Shown here: piece after piece, positions 35,890 through 45,870 of the stretch | Layout: each line of letters begins with the position of its first letter | Position numbering within the stretch: position 1 is the first letter of the stretch | DNA from: Candidatus Adamsella avium | Lineage (GTDB): Bacteria > Cyanobacteriota > Vampirovibrionia > Gastranaerophilales > CAJFVJ01 | Reading direction: 5' to 3' | Assembly: GCA_904420445.1 (NCBI GenBank) | Contig: CAJFVJ010000003.1 | Span: 255,090-319,089 of the forward strand | DNA length: 64,000 bases | Translations under genes and position numbers: made by a program | Notes under the pieces: model-generated | Seen by the model: only the letters and a program-made list of their open reading frames with translations | What the model was told of the DNA's origin: nothing | Database searches by the model: none

Positions 35890-36336
35890 TTATGCATACC
35901 TTGGAACTGATTGTTTAATTCCTTGTTCTTCACCTTGTTCAACAGCTTGCAGTTCCTGTTGTAATGCTGCCAATTTTGTTTCAAGTTGTTCTCTTTTCAT
36001 CTCAATTTGTTTTTCTGAATTGCTTATTTGAGCCTGAATATTCGTCAAATAAGTTTCATCAAAAACCATAGACCCCATACCATCCGTTGACATCTGAACA
36101 AATGAATACCCTGATGTCTGAGATGCAGAATCTGCTTCCATCAAAATTTGGTTTACACCGTATTTTGTCTTCTGTCCTGAATTTGCGAACTCTTGTTGAG
36201 TTACTGTACCATCACCAATTACACCGCCGAGAGAAGTCAAATCCATTTGATTCTGATAAAGTTGAGTGATTTGAAACTGCAAGTCAGAAATCTGACTGAT
36301 AATCATCAACTTTCTAGTCGTTAACATTGCATACAT
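35890..36336 (-). CDS. Hypothetical helical-hairpin protein, paralog 3 (divergent)
   Basis: 148 aa with an RBS GGAGG. It shares the N-terminal block YAMLTTRKLMIISQISDLQFQITQL and the C-terminal block SNSEKQIEM...AVEQGEEQGIKQSVPRYA with 16835 and 17596. Confidence 0.8.
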   Translation of the reverse strand: MYAMLTTRKLMIISQISDLQFQITQLYQNQMDLTSLGGVIGDGTVTQQEFANSGQKTKYGVNQILMEADSASQTSGYSFVQMSTDGMGSMVFDETYLTNIQAQISNSEKQIEMKREQLETKLAALQQELQAVEQGEEQGIKQSVPRYA

Positions 36337-36580
36337 AACCTATAACCTCCAACATATCCTTTTGAATTTTCATCTACCCTATATATTTATAAAAACAAAA
36401 ACTGTAGAGAAATTGCGTCTCCTTTTCAAAAATAGCAGAAGTACAAAATCCCTGTATAACAAGACTTTTGAGCATTTATCATTTTTTAATATTTAAAAAA
36501 TAAAGAAAAAATATAGATATAAAAAAGAAAAAATATATATATTATATATTCTAATTTTTATAAAATATTACGAAATATTA

Positions 36581-36612
36581 CAAAAGAGGACAAAGATAAA
36601 TCTTTGTCCTCC
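36581..36612 (-). terminator. Terminator of the SLH protein gene
   Basis: The minus strand reads ggaggacaaagatttatctttgtcctcttttg. Confidence 0.8.
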
Positions 36613-36633
36613 AAAAGTTTATGAAAACTTTTA

Positions 36634-38805
36634 TTATTTGCCCTGGCAGCCGAAAGAAATGGTAACTTTTTCATTCGGGTTGATGCTGGCAATCTTCATA
36701 CCTTTCGGATTGACGAGGTATGCAACTTCATCGCTTGTAATATTAAATATACCGGCTGCACCGCTGACAGCTGTTCTTGTTACGTCTATAGGAGCCATAA
36801 CCAGAGCAGTAGCAGCTTCACCGACACTTCTTGCAGAAGCGCCGAATTTACCTTGAAGAATTTCGCCGCCTGCAATACCTGTTGAGCCGACAACCTGCTC
36901 AGCAGCATTACCTGTTGCAATCAATGCACCGCCGAGAGTTCTTCCGACAGTACCCAATACCTGACCTGTAAATGAGAACGGAGCCTCAAACAGTCTTGCA
37001 ACAATATTAGGTGTTTTCTGCTGTTGAACTTCTGCACTCAATATTTGTCTTGGCAGCTCTGTTTTGCATTTTCCGTTTTGTATATCCAAGAGAGCAATTT
37101 TCATAGCACCCTGGCATTTGCCGCTTGGTCTGATTACTTCAACAACTCTGCCGTGTACTTTTGAATTGCAAGGATAATTTACACCGTTAATAGTAACCGG
37201 TTCAAGTGTTTTAGCAACAAATCTGTCGCCTACACGGTTGTTTTTGGCACTCAGCTGGTCATCAACCTTTATACATATTGTCGGAACAGTAACAACCTGC
37301 TCTTTCTGAACCATAGCCGCCTGACCTGTCGGTTCGCAGTCACATGCTGTTGTTTCAGCGGGGTCAATACCGAGAGCAATTCTTGACTGAGCAATCATTG
37401 CAGCCACATCGGCTCTTGATGCGTTTTTCTGAGGAGCAATCATATCAGGATGAGGACTGTCTTCGAGAACACCTTGTTTAAGAGCCTTGGCTACACCGAC
37501 TTTAGCCCAATCCTGTACATCGCATCCGTCTTTGTAACCTTTGAGGATTTCATCAGCGTCACATTCACTCATAGGACAATTGAATGCTTTTGAGATGGTA
37601 GTCATTGCTTCTGCTCTTGAAACGGGTTTTCTCGGGAAGAATTTGTTGTTAGGATATCCTGCCATATAACCGTTTTCAACAGATTTTATGATAGAGTCAT
37701 TTGCCCAGTTATAAGCGGGAACATCAGAAAACATACTTCTTTCACAGGATGTATCAGCCTGAAGATTGAACCCGTGCGCAATCAAACTTGCAAATTCAGC
37801 TCTTGATACGGGGACATTAGGTTTGAATGTTCTGTCAGGATAACCTGCAATAACACTCTTTGCCGTCAGCTTGTTAATATCGCAGCTTGCCCAGAAATTA
37901 TCGGGGACATCCGGAAAAACATCCATCATCGGAGCGGCAGCCCCTGTTACATTTGATGGAACAGTAATAGGTTCATAATATTTTTTCAGAACTTCTTTGC
38001 TCGATTGAGTTTTGATTGTCATAGGGCACTGAGCACCGGCAAAATTCATGGGATTGCGAGAAACACCTACACCGTTAATATCACTTCCCGCTGCGCAAGG
38101 GTCATTATAACAAGGAAGCGAGGCAGCAGCGCCTGTTATAGGCATAATTGTATCGCATCCGCAAGGAGCAGCAGCCCCTGTCATCGGAACACCGAAATCA
38201 CATCCGCAGTTCCCGGCAGAGATAACAGGCATTTGGGATAAATTACAACCGTTCCTTGAAACTTGAATGCCGTCATTTCCGCTTAATCTCATCCAGTTTG
38301 GAGTTGCAGCGGATAATGAAGTAGATCCTGCGCTAAAAATTGAAGCAGGATATGCATAAGCCTGGATGCCCTTTTCCAATTCTCCGCAAGCGCTGTTTGG
38401 ACAAACTCCGCAGGTAGGTTTTGATTTTTCGGGACATGGGTCTAAGATAGGACAAGCAGGTCCTGTTTCACAAGGGTCACAAGGATCACATGGGTCACAA
38501 TCACATGGTGCCGCAGGACAAGGGTCACATGGGTCATCACATGGATCACAATCGCATGGAGCAGCAGGACAAACAGGAACCGCAGGACAAGGATTTGCAG
38601 TTTGAAGCGGACATGCACCGCCTGTTACAACAGGCAACTCCGATTTTTTTGCAACTTCTCGAAAACCGCTTTCGAAAACTTGAGATGAACTCGGAGCGGA
38701 GAACATGCTTAAATCAGCTTCTGCTGCACCTCCGACCTGAGTTCCGGCAGTAATTAATCCCATAGAAACAATCACTGCCGCTAAAGTTAACTTTCTAAAT
38801 TTCAT
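36634..38805 (-). CDS. SLH-domain cell-envelope protein with an N-terminal Cys/Asp/Pro repeat block and a C-terminal Gly-zipper region
   Basis: 723 aa with a signal peptide (...QVGGAAEA). It has three SLH repeats (FPDVPDNFWA..., FSDVPAYNWAN..., DVQDWAKVGV...) and a PCDCDPCDDPCDPC... block. The P-x-TGAA motif occurs four times. Confidence 0.85.
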   Translation of the reverse strand: MKFRKLTLAAVIVSMGLITAGTQVGGAAEADLSMFSAPSSSQVFESGFREVAKKSELPVVTGGACPLQTANPCPAVPVCPAAPCDCDPCDDPCDPCPAAPCDCDPCDPCDPCETGPACPILDPCPEKSKPTCGVCPNSACGELEKGIQAYAYPASIFSAGSTSLSAATPNWMRLSGNDGIQVSRNGCNLSQMPVISAGNCGCDFGVPMTGAAAPCGCDTIMPITGAAASLPCYNDPCAAGSDINGVGVSRNPMNFAGAQCPMTIKTQSSKEVLKKYYEPITVPSNVTGAAAPMMDVFPDVPDNFWASCDINKLTAKSVIAGYPDRTFKPNVPVSRAEFASLIAHGFNLQADTSCERSMFSDVPAYNWANDSIIKSVENGYMAGYPNNKFFPRKPVSRAEAMTTISKAFNCPMSECDADEILKGYKDGCDVQDWAKVGVAKALKQGVLEDSPHPDMIAPQKNASRADVAAMIAQSRIALGIDPAETTACDCEPTGQAAMVQKEQVVTVPTICIKVDDQLSAKNNRVGDRFVAKTLEPVTINGVNYPCNSKVHGRVVEVIRPSGKCQGAMKIALLDIQNGKCKTELPRQILSAEVQQQKTPNIVARLFEAPFSFTGQVLGTVGRTLGGALIATGNAAEQVVGSTGIAGGEILQGKFGASARSVGEAATALVMAPIDVTRTAVSGAAGIFNITSDEVAYLVNPKGMKIASINPNEKVTISFGCQGK

Positions 38806-39097
38806 ATGTACCTCCTCTTACGTAAGAAATTCCCGGAAAAAAAATTCCGGTTATCTATCTTATTTTTTTGTTATACATTCCGTTAATATGAAATATTTGT
38901 TTTAACTGATTATTATGTTTTTTCTATCAAATAATCATTACCGGAAATGCTTATCTTCGAGGACAATTCTCTATGAAATCAAATTTGAAAAGACTCTTGA
39001 AATAAAGATTGTTAATAACCTTAAATTATTTGAATTTTCGGTTAAGCAATAATATAATTTCTAGAGAAGAGATGTTTTATTTTTTAAGGATAGTTAT

Positions 39098-39589
39098 ATG
39101 AATAAATTTAAAAAATTGTTTTTTAGCAGAATAAATTTTGTATGTCTACTGCTTTTATTTAATATAATATTCGGGTGTCTTTCTTGTTTTGCAGGAGAGC
39201 AGGATGTTGTCGTTTCGAAGTATGTCGAATATTACAAGAAAATTTTTGCAGCAAGCAATTACGAAAAATATGACAAGGTTACACAGGAATACGGTTCAAG
39301 AAACGTTTTGAGCATGACTCTTCCACCAAATGTTGATAAAAAAGTCATGAACATGTCTTATAAAAAACTTGTCAAACCTCTCTTAATACCTGACTATGAA
39401 CTTGTTTTTGAAAAAGTTACAATGAATCAAAACAAAGCGCATATGATTTTCCGTAGCAAATACAACGAAAACGTAAGGCTGTATGCAACAGGCATAAAAG
39501 AAAATACGGAGTGGAAATTCGATAAATCATATATAGTCGTCAAAGATAAGGATAACAACTTTGACCCGCTAAAGAGTGTTTCTTTTTAA
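39098..39589 (+). CDS. Hypothetical secreted protein
   Basis: 163 aa with an N-terminal signal (LLLLFNIIFGCLSCFAGE) and an RBS AAGGA. Confidence 0.5.
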   Translation: MNKFKKLFFSRINFVCLLLLFNIIFGCLSCFAGEQDVVVSKYVEYYKKIFAASNYEKYDKVTQEYGSRNVLSMTLPPNVDKKVMNMSYKKLVKPLLIPDYELVFEKVTMNQNKAHMIFRSKYNENVRLYATGIKENTEWKFDKSYIVVKDKDNNFDPLKSVSF

Positions 39590-39696
39590 GAAAAACTTTG
39601 ATTATTTAAGAGTGTTTATAGTATACTATCTCTAGAATAAAATCAGCCTATGGCATATAGAAGAAAAGCAACTAGCGGAGTTTGTTTATTATAGTT

Positions 39697-42600
39697 ATGC
39701 TGAATTTCAAATATATTAAGGAAAGAGCTTCCGCAGGCAGTTGGAGACGAGGGTATAATTATTTCAAAGAATCTCAATTGCTTGATATTTGTCGAGAAAA
39801 AAATATTGTCAAAGCGAAAGTAAAAGGCAATTTTCAAGATTTCTACAACATAGAGCTAACTTTTGATGAGGAGGGCATACACGCAAAATGTGACTGCCCG
39901 CTTGAAGAAGAATGGTGCAAGCATGCTGTTGCTGTCGGGCTTGAATCTGTCAAAAGACACTACTACGATGAATACATAACGGAAGAAACAGGAAAAACTT
40001 TTGAATACCCTGCTGAAAACCCTCCTCCGATTGAAAATTACAAATCAGCATTCAAATTTGTACTCAACCCTGATAAAAGACCGAAGTTTATCAGCATTCA
40101 AATAATCGAAAGAAAAACTCAAAAAGTTATCGATGATATAGAAGGACTTCTCAAAGCATTCATTGCTGCTCAAAAAGCTGACCCGTCTTTTGAGCTGAAT
40201 GATATACAAAGAGTCGAACTTGCCTTTGTTCAAGAATTATACAAACAGCTGAAGCCTTCGAAAAAATATCAGTGGTATGATATTCCCGTTCAAAAGTTTG
40301 AAACCTTCCTCAAATATATGAAACACCTTGAGGAGGTAATTGATTATGAATCACAAAAAAGACTTATTTTCTCTGATGATGAGTGGAAGCTTGTTCTTGC
40401 CGTGAATGTATCGGCAGTGGGTAATGTTTTGTTATCACTGCACTGGCATACGCCAAACTCAGAAGATGTTTTGCCTTTTGAAGAGGTTAAATATTTTTCA
40501 AGAACAATCAAATACGGACAGTACAAAAATCTTGTTTTCCCGACAAATGTTGCAGTGGCTATTTTGCCTCATTATCTGACAAAATCGACCTTCACTGATA
40601 TAAGAGATGCTGACGGCGGAAAATTTGTTTATGAAGAACTTCCAAAGTTGAAAAAGCTTATGGATGTTGAAATATCAGAAACACTTGAAAAACTCACCCT
40701 CTCTCAGCACCTTCCGAAAAATGTCGTAAAACTTACCTGGGATAATGAAGGAAAACTGAAAGCTTCTCTCGATTTTGACTACGACGGAATACTCGTTCCA
40801 TATAGCAAGCTCACGCAAAAAACGCCTTATGTAACGGTAAAATATCCGAAGGAAGATTTGATTTACTGGATAAAAAGAAATCTCAAGCTTGAAAAACGAG
40901 CCTATGAAATGCTTGTTGACTGCAAGTTTATCCCCATGCAGACAAATAACCTGTATCTTGATGAAGATGAAGCAATAGACTTTTTCAACTACTATATGCC
41001 GAGAGCAACCCGTGAATGGTTCTTCGAATCAGAACAGGATTTGGACTTTTTACAGCTGAGCGAGAAACCTCTTTATCTCACAGCCAAAGTTGATTTTGAC
41101 AAAAACTCGGACAGTTTTCATATCGAACTCGGAGCCAAAATAGGCAGAAACAGAGTGGATATGGAGGTGTTATATGATTATATGAGCCAGGGGAGAAAAT
41201 ATCTCTACATAAACAGAAAAGGATATGTGGAAGTTCCGACGCAAACATTATTTATGATAGGTAAAGCGCTGAGCGCTTTTGATGCAATCCAAACGGAAGA
41301 TAAAAAATATCACATAAAAACCTTCAGAGCGGGCATTATATCAGAGCTTGAAGAACTCGGTGTTGTCTTCTCCATGAGCAAAACTTTTGAAAAATTCTGG
41401 GGACAAATCAGCACATTCAATACAATGGAGCAAATAGAACTTCCAAAAGGTTTGCATGCTGACTTGAGAGAATATCAAATAAAAGGTCTTAACTGGCTGT
41501 GGTTCTTGTATTCTTACGGATTGAACGGAATACTCGCAGATGATATGGGGCTTGGGAAAACGCTCCAGGCACTTGCTATGATACAAAAAGCAAAAGAGGA
41601 AAATAAACAGAAAAAACCCGCTCTTGTCATCTGCCCTACGACAGTTGTGTTCAACTGGGAGAATGAAATCAAGAAGTTTACGCCGGACTTGAAAACACTG
41701 AATTTGACTGGCTCAACAAGAAGCAGCTTATATAAAAACATAAAATCCTCCGATATTGTCATCACTTCTTATGCAATAATCAGAAGGGATATAGAACTTC
41801 TGAAAAATCAAGAATTCAGATTTATTATCCTTGATGAAGCACAAAACATCAAAAATGCAGACTCTCAAACAGCACAGGCAACAAAACTGCTAAACGGCCA
41901 GCACAAGTTTGCCCTGTCAGGAACTCCAATCGAAAACAGACTTTCTGAACTGTGGTCTATATTCGATTTTCTCATGCCCGACTTTTTGTATGACATAAAC
42001 GAATTCAACTACCGTTTCGGCGTTCCGATTACGGAAAAAGGAGATAAAACAGTTGAATCAAGGTTGAAAAAACAAATTTATCCGTTCATACTTCGAAGGA
42101 TGAAGAGAGATGTAGCCAAAGACCTGCCTGATAAAGTTGAAAACATTGCATACTGCGAGATGACACCGGAGCAAAGAGAGTTCTATCTTGAAGTTCTTGA
42201 CAGTACAAAACAGGAAATCTTCAATAAAGCAGCAAACGGAGGTTTTGAAAAGAACAAACTCTCAATTTTTGCTGCCCTGCTGCGTCTGAGACAAATCTGC
42301 TGCCATCCCCGTCTGTTTGATAAAGATAACATCAGAGGAATAAATGAATCAGGTAAATTTGAGAAACTCAAATCAATGCTCGAAGAAATCGTTGAAGAGG
42401 GGCATAAGGTTTTGATTTTCAGCCAGTTTGTCGAGATGCTCGATATTATGAGAAGCTGGCTGCAAGAAAAAGGCATACGCCATGAATACCTCACGGGTCA
42501 GACAAAAGACAGAAAAGAAGCCGTTGAAAGATTCAATTCAACTCCGTCAATACCTATATTCCTCATAAGTCTAAAGGCAGGCGGCACGGGATTGAATTTA

Positions 42601-42864
42601 ACGGGAGCAGATTATGTCATTCACTATGACCCATGGTGGAACCCGGCTGTAGAAGACCAGGCAACGGACAGAGCTTATCGTATCGGGCAGACAAAGAAAG
42701 TCTTTGTCTATAGAATTATTACAAAAGGCACCGTAGAAGAAAAAATCCAAAAACTGAAAGAACGCAAACGAAATCTCGTTGACTCCGTCATATCAGCAGA
42801 CAGAGATATCGGAAAATCACTTACTTATGATGATTTGAAAGAAATTTTATCCCTTGATTATTGA
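39697..42864 (+). CDS. SNF2-family helicase/translocase with an N-terminal SWIM zinc finger
   Basis: The track ORF starts at TTG 39682; I prefer ATG 39697. It has a SWIM motif CDCPLEEEWCKH, helicase motifs DDMGLGKTLQ and DEAQNIKN, and the C-terminal block DPWWNPAVEDQATDRAYRIGQ. Confidence 0.9.
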   Translation: MLNFKYIKERASAGSWRRGYNYFKESQLLDICREKNIVKAKVKGNFQDFYNIELTFDEEGIHAKCDCPLEEEWCKHAVAVGLESVKRHYYDEYITEETGKTFEYPAENPPPIENYKSAFKFVLNPDKRPKFISIQIIERKTQKVIDDIEGLLKAFIAAQKADPSFELNDIQRVELAFVQELYKQLKPSKKYQWYDIPVQKFETFLKYMKHLEEVIDYESQKRLIFSDDEWKLVLAVNVSAVGNVLLSLHWHTPNSEDVLPFEEVKYFSRTIKYGQYKNLVFPTNVAVAILPHYLTKSTFTDIRDADGGKFVYEELPKLKKLMDVEISETLEKLTLSQHLPKNVVKLTWDNEGKLKASLDFDYDGILVPYSKLTQKTPYVTVKYPKEDLIYWIKRNLKLEKRAYEMLVDCKFIPMQTNNLYLDEDEAIDFFNYYMPRATREWFFESEQDLDFLQLSEKPLYLTAKVDFDKNSDSFHIELGAKIGRNRVDMEVLYDYMSQGRKYLYINRKGYVEVPTQTLFMIGKALSAFDAIQTEDKKYHIKTFRAGIISELEELGVVFSMSKTFEKFWGQISTFNTMEQIELPKGLHADLREYQIKGLNWLWFLYSYGLNGILADDMGLGKTLQALAMIQKAKEENKQKKPALVICPTTVVFNWENEIKKFTPDLKTLNLTGSTRSSLYKNIKSSDIVITSYAIIRRDIELLKNQEFRFIILDEAQNIKNADSQTAQATKLLNGQHKFALSGTPIENRLSELWSIFDFLMPDFLYDINEFNYRFGVPITEKGDKTVESRLKKQIYPFILRRMKRDVAKDLPDKVENIAYCEMTPEQREFYLEVLDSTKQEIFNKAANGGFEKNKLSIFAALLRLRQICCHPRLFDKDNIRGINESGKFEKLKSMLEEIVEEGHKVLIFSQFVEMLDIMRSWLQEKGIRHEYLTGQTKDRKEAVERFNSTPSIPIFLISLKAGGTGLNLTGADYVIHYDPWWNPAVEDQATDRAYRIGQTKKVFVYRIITKGTVEEKIQKLKERKRNLVDSVISADRDIGKSLTYDDLKEILSLDY

Positions 42865-45770
42865 ATCTCTTTGACTTCGCCTAATGATGCAAGATATTCC
42901 TTATTTGCATCAAGCGTTTTTTGACTTGCAATAATCGATATTACAGACGGCTGAGAGAGATATTTGTTTGCAATTGCTTGAATATCTTCAGGTTTTATCT
43001 CATGAATGGCTTCGATTAACTTATCCCAGTAATCCTTGCCGTAATAAGTTGCAACAGACGATGAAAGCGCATCCGCTTTGCCTGCATTTGTTTCTAATCC
43101 TGATGAAATTCTGTTCAAATAGGTCATTTTGGCATTTTCTAGTTCCTGCTCAGAAACCGGGGTCGTTCGCAACATATCAAGATGTTTTTTGAAACCGTCA
43201 AGAGATTTTTGCAAATTTTCATAACTGCTTGTTCCGTTCGTTTTATCCTGAGTGGTGCTCAAAATATCAAGAGATAACAAACCGTCGTTCGGCGCAGAGT
43301 CATAAGATGAAGAAACAGCATAGGCAAGCTTTTGAGTTTCTCTCAAGTCATTGAACAAACGAGAACTGCTGCTGCCTCCCAAAATCAAATTCATAAGCTT
43401 AAGAGCTGCAATATCTTTTACATTGCCTGTTTCATTAATATGAAAAGTCTGAGTAATATGAGCCTGATTTTTTTCTTCCGCTTCAATCAAAACTTTTGTA
43501 TTTGAAATCGGAGCAGGCGGGTCAATAGGCTTATAGAAATACGGAGTTGAGGCAACAGGCATTTGAGATAATTTGCTCAGAGCAATATTCTTGACATAAG
43601 CAGGTGCACTAACAGAAGCGCTTGCCTTTGTGCCTGTCATCAGCTCTGCATAGAATTTTTTGACATCATCAAGAGTCAATGCATCTATGTTATCCATAAT
43701 CTTTCGCATATTGTTGCTTCTCGGGTCGTCTTCCGGATACAACTCTTCAAGAACTTTATCATAAGGACTCTTCAATGAGCTTGCATAATTCATCTTGATT
43801 TGATTTTTGACTTTTTGCAAATTTTCCTCTGTAAATGCAGGATACATTAAAATTTCTTTGATAAGGTCAGAGGCAAGTGCAACTTTATCTGGTTCTGTAT
43901 TGACAATAGCAGTAAGCCCTCTTTGAGCGGCACCAAAATCAAATTTTATATTATTCAAATTAGCAATTGAATACAACTCTGATTTCGGACGCAAAGAAGA
44001 CCCTTCAGCCAGCATCCCTGATAAAACCATCGGAGCTGCAGGATTTGTATTAACAAAATTATCATGGCGATAATTCAAATCAAATGCTGCAAGCGATGTT
44101 TCATTATTTGTATTATAAAAAGCTTTAATATTATTAGGCAGATTAAACTCTTCAACACTCGATGAGATATTCTCACCGAAATTGAAATTTACTCCTCCTG
44201 AGAAATTGACGGAAGAATTTGACTGAACTGCTGCCTGCTGCTGTTGAGCCTGTTTTGCCTCTTCAGGATGAAGGACGCCTATTGATACTCTGTTCAAATC
44301 AAGATAAGAACGAGCCGCATTCATTATATCCTGCGGAGTAATGCTGTCTATAATCTTATCTAAATCACAAAAAGCCATACTGTTTGAATTTGTGATATTC
44401 CCGCCGATAAGCCTTGTTATGGACATAGAATCTTCAGCTATATTTTTCAAAGAATGTTTGAAATTATTCTTGACAATAGTCAGTTCCTGCTCTGACATGG
44501 GAACAGTCTGCATAGAATAAATTCCTTGATATATCGCCTTCAATCCTTCTTCTGTTTTATCAGGGTCAAAATTTGCACTTATCATCATAGATGTCGGTGC
44601 ATCATAATCAGAACTTACAACCTCCATATTTACTGATGCCTCTGTATTCAAAGGAGTCAGAAGTTTGCTCAGACGGGAATCATCATTCCCGACCAATGCT
44701 TCTATCAGGAGATGGGTTGCATAAGTCCCTTTTATATCATTGTTTTTAGGCCCTGCAAAAGCCATATTTACGAGAGAAGAGTCAATCATATGACTTGTCC
44801 TGTCTACTCTGACAGGATGGTCTATCGGTTTGAGTTCTTCTGTTTTCTTTAGTGCCTGATTTGATTGCTTATAAGAGTTGAATACTTTTGCAATTTTTGC
44901 AATAGCCTCATCAGGATTGACATCTCCGACAAGGACAGTTGTCATGTTATCAGGAGTGTAATACAGATTATAATAATCAACAACATCATCTCTTGTTATA
45001 TTTTGAATATTTTTGACACTGCCTCCAATCAAGTCCATACTTGAACTATTAATCTGAAACAGATTTTTCAAAATAATACTGTTAATCTCTGCGCTCGGGT
45101 CGTCTTCAAGCATCTGAATTTCCGATTCAACAGGACCTCTTTCTTTTTCAATCATCTCCTGAGAAAAAGTCGGATTCAGGAGCATATCAGAATGAATATT
45201 CAACATATTATCAAGGTCTTCAGGCTTTTGAATAACCGATTGAATATAGTAGTTTGTAGTTGCAAATCCGGTGCTTGCGTTGTATCGACCGCCGATTTCG
45301 TTGACCCTTCTGACAAACTCCCCTGGCTGCAACTTCGATGAACCGTTAAATAAGTTATGTTCAATAAAATGGCTTATGCCCCGTTTATCATCAGCTTCAT
45401 TCATCGAGCCGACTTTGACATAAGTATTTATTGTTGTCGGGCCTTTTTTGGGCATTATAATAACTTTTTGTCCGTTTGCGAGTTGATACAATTTGGCTTC
45501 GTTATGATTATAAGGAATTTTGAATGTCGCAACCTGACGGTATGGCACAGGCTGTGCAGAATTCATCGTGTTTGCACGAAGAGAAGATGTTACATCATTC
45601 GGATTTACCCACCCTGAATTTTGAGAATATTGCTGGTTTTGAACAAAATAAGGAGGATAACCGTAATTATAATATCCGGCAGCATTATTCTGAGCAGGCT
45701 GTTGATTTTGCACAAAAGCCGGTTGAAAACCTGTTTTGTTATTATATAAAAAGTTATTATTTACGACCAT
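42858..45770 (-). CDS. M16 (pitrilysin/insulinase) family zinc peptidase, double-length, with a Q/N/Y-rich N-terminus
   Basis: 970 aa. It has the inverted zinc motif HFIEH and two M16 halves joined by a Q-rich linker. No signal peptide is visible. Confidence 0.85.
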   Translation of the reverse strand: MVVNNNFLYNNKTGFQPAFVQNQQPAQNNAAGYYNYGYPPYFVQNQQYSQNSGWVNPNDVTSSLRANTMNSAQPVPYRQVATFKIPYNHNEAKLYQLANGQKVIIMPKKGPTTINTYVKVGSMNEADDKRGISHFIEHNLFNGSSKLQPGEFVRRVNEIGGRYNASTGFATTNYYIQSVIQKPEDLDNMLNIHSDMLLNPTFSQEMIEKERGPVESEIQMLEDDPSAEINSIILKNLFQINSSSMDLIGGSVKNIQNITRDDVVDYYNLYYTPDNMTTVLVGDVNPDEAIAKIAKVFNSYKQSNQALKKTEELKPIDHPVRVDRTSHMIDSSLVNMAFAGPKNNDIKGTYATHLLIEALVGNDDSRLSKLLTPLNTEASVNMEVVSSDYDAPTSMMISANFDPDKTEEGLKAIYQGIYSMQTVPMSEQELTIVKNNFKHSLKNIAEDSMSITRLIGGNITNSNSMAFCDLDKIIDSITPQDIMNAARSYLDLNRVSIGVLHPEEAKQAQQQQAAVQSNSSVNFSGGVNFNFGENISSSVEEFNLPNNIKAFYNTNNETSLAAFDLNYRHDNFVNTNPAAPMVLSGMLAEGSSLRPKSELYSIANLNNIKFDFGAAQRGLTAIVNTEPDKVALASDLIKEILMYPAFTEENLQKVKNQIKMNYASSLKSPYDKVLEELYPEDDPRSNNMRKIMDNIDALTLDDVKKFYAELMTGTKASASVSAPAYVKNIALSKLSQMPVASTPYFYKPIDPPAPISNTKVLIEAEEKNQAHITQTFHINETGNVKDIAALKLMNLILGGSSSSRLFNDLRETQKLAYAVSSSYDSAPNDGLLSLDILSTTQDKTNGTSSYENLQKSLDGFKKHLDMLRTTPVSEQELENAKMTYLNRISSGLETNAGKADALSSSVATYYGKDYWDKLIEAIHEIKPEDIQAIANKYLSQPSVISIIASQKTLDANKEYLASLGEVKEIQ

Positions 45771-45870
45771 AACTATTCCCAGAAAAAACGTTTATATTTT
45801 AAATAAAAACATAAACAACCCAAAAAATTGCTAGCCTTAACAAAAAATATATATTTAAGTTACGAAAAAA

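Noticed and set aside
38366-38753. His/Gly/Gln-rich plus-strand ORFs (38366..38605 and 38490..38753) that look like metal-binding peptides.
   Set aside because: They are the reverse-complement reading of the Cys-Asp-Pro repeat block of the SLH protein, whose frame is supported by a signal peptide and SLH domains. The short gggtcaca-type repeats here also lack unique spacers of regular length, so they are not a CRISPR array.
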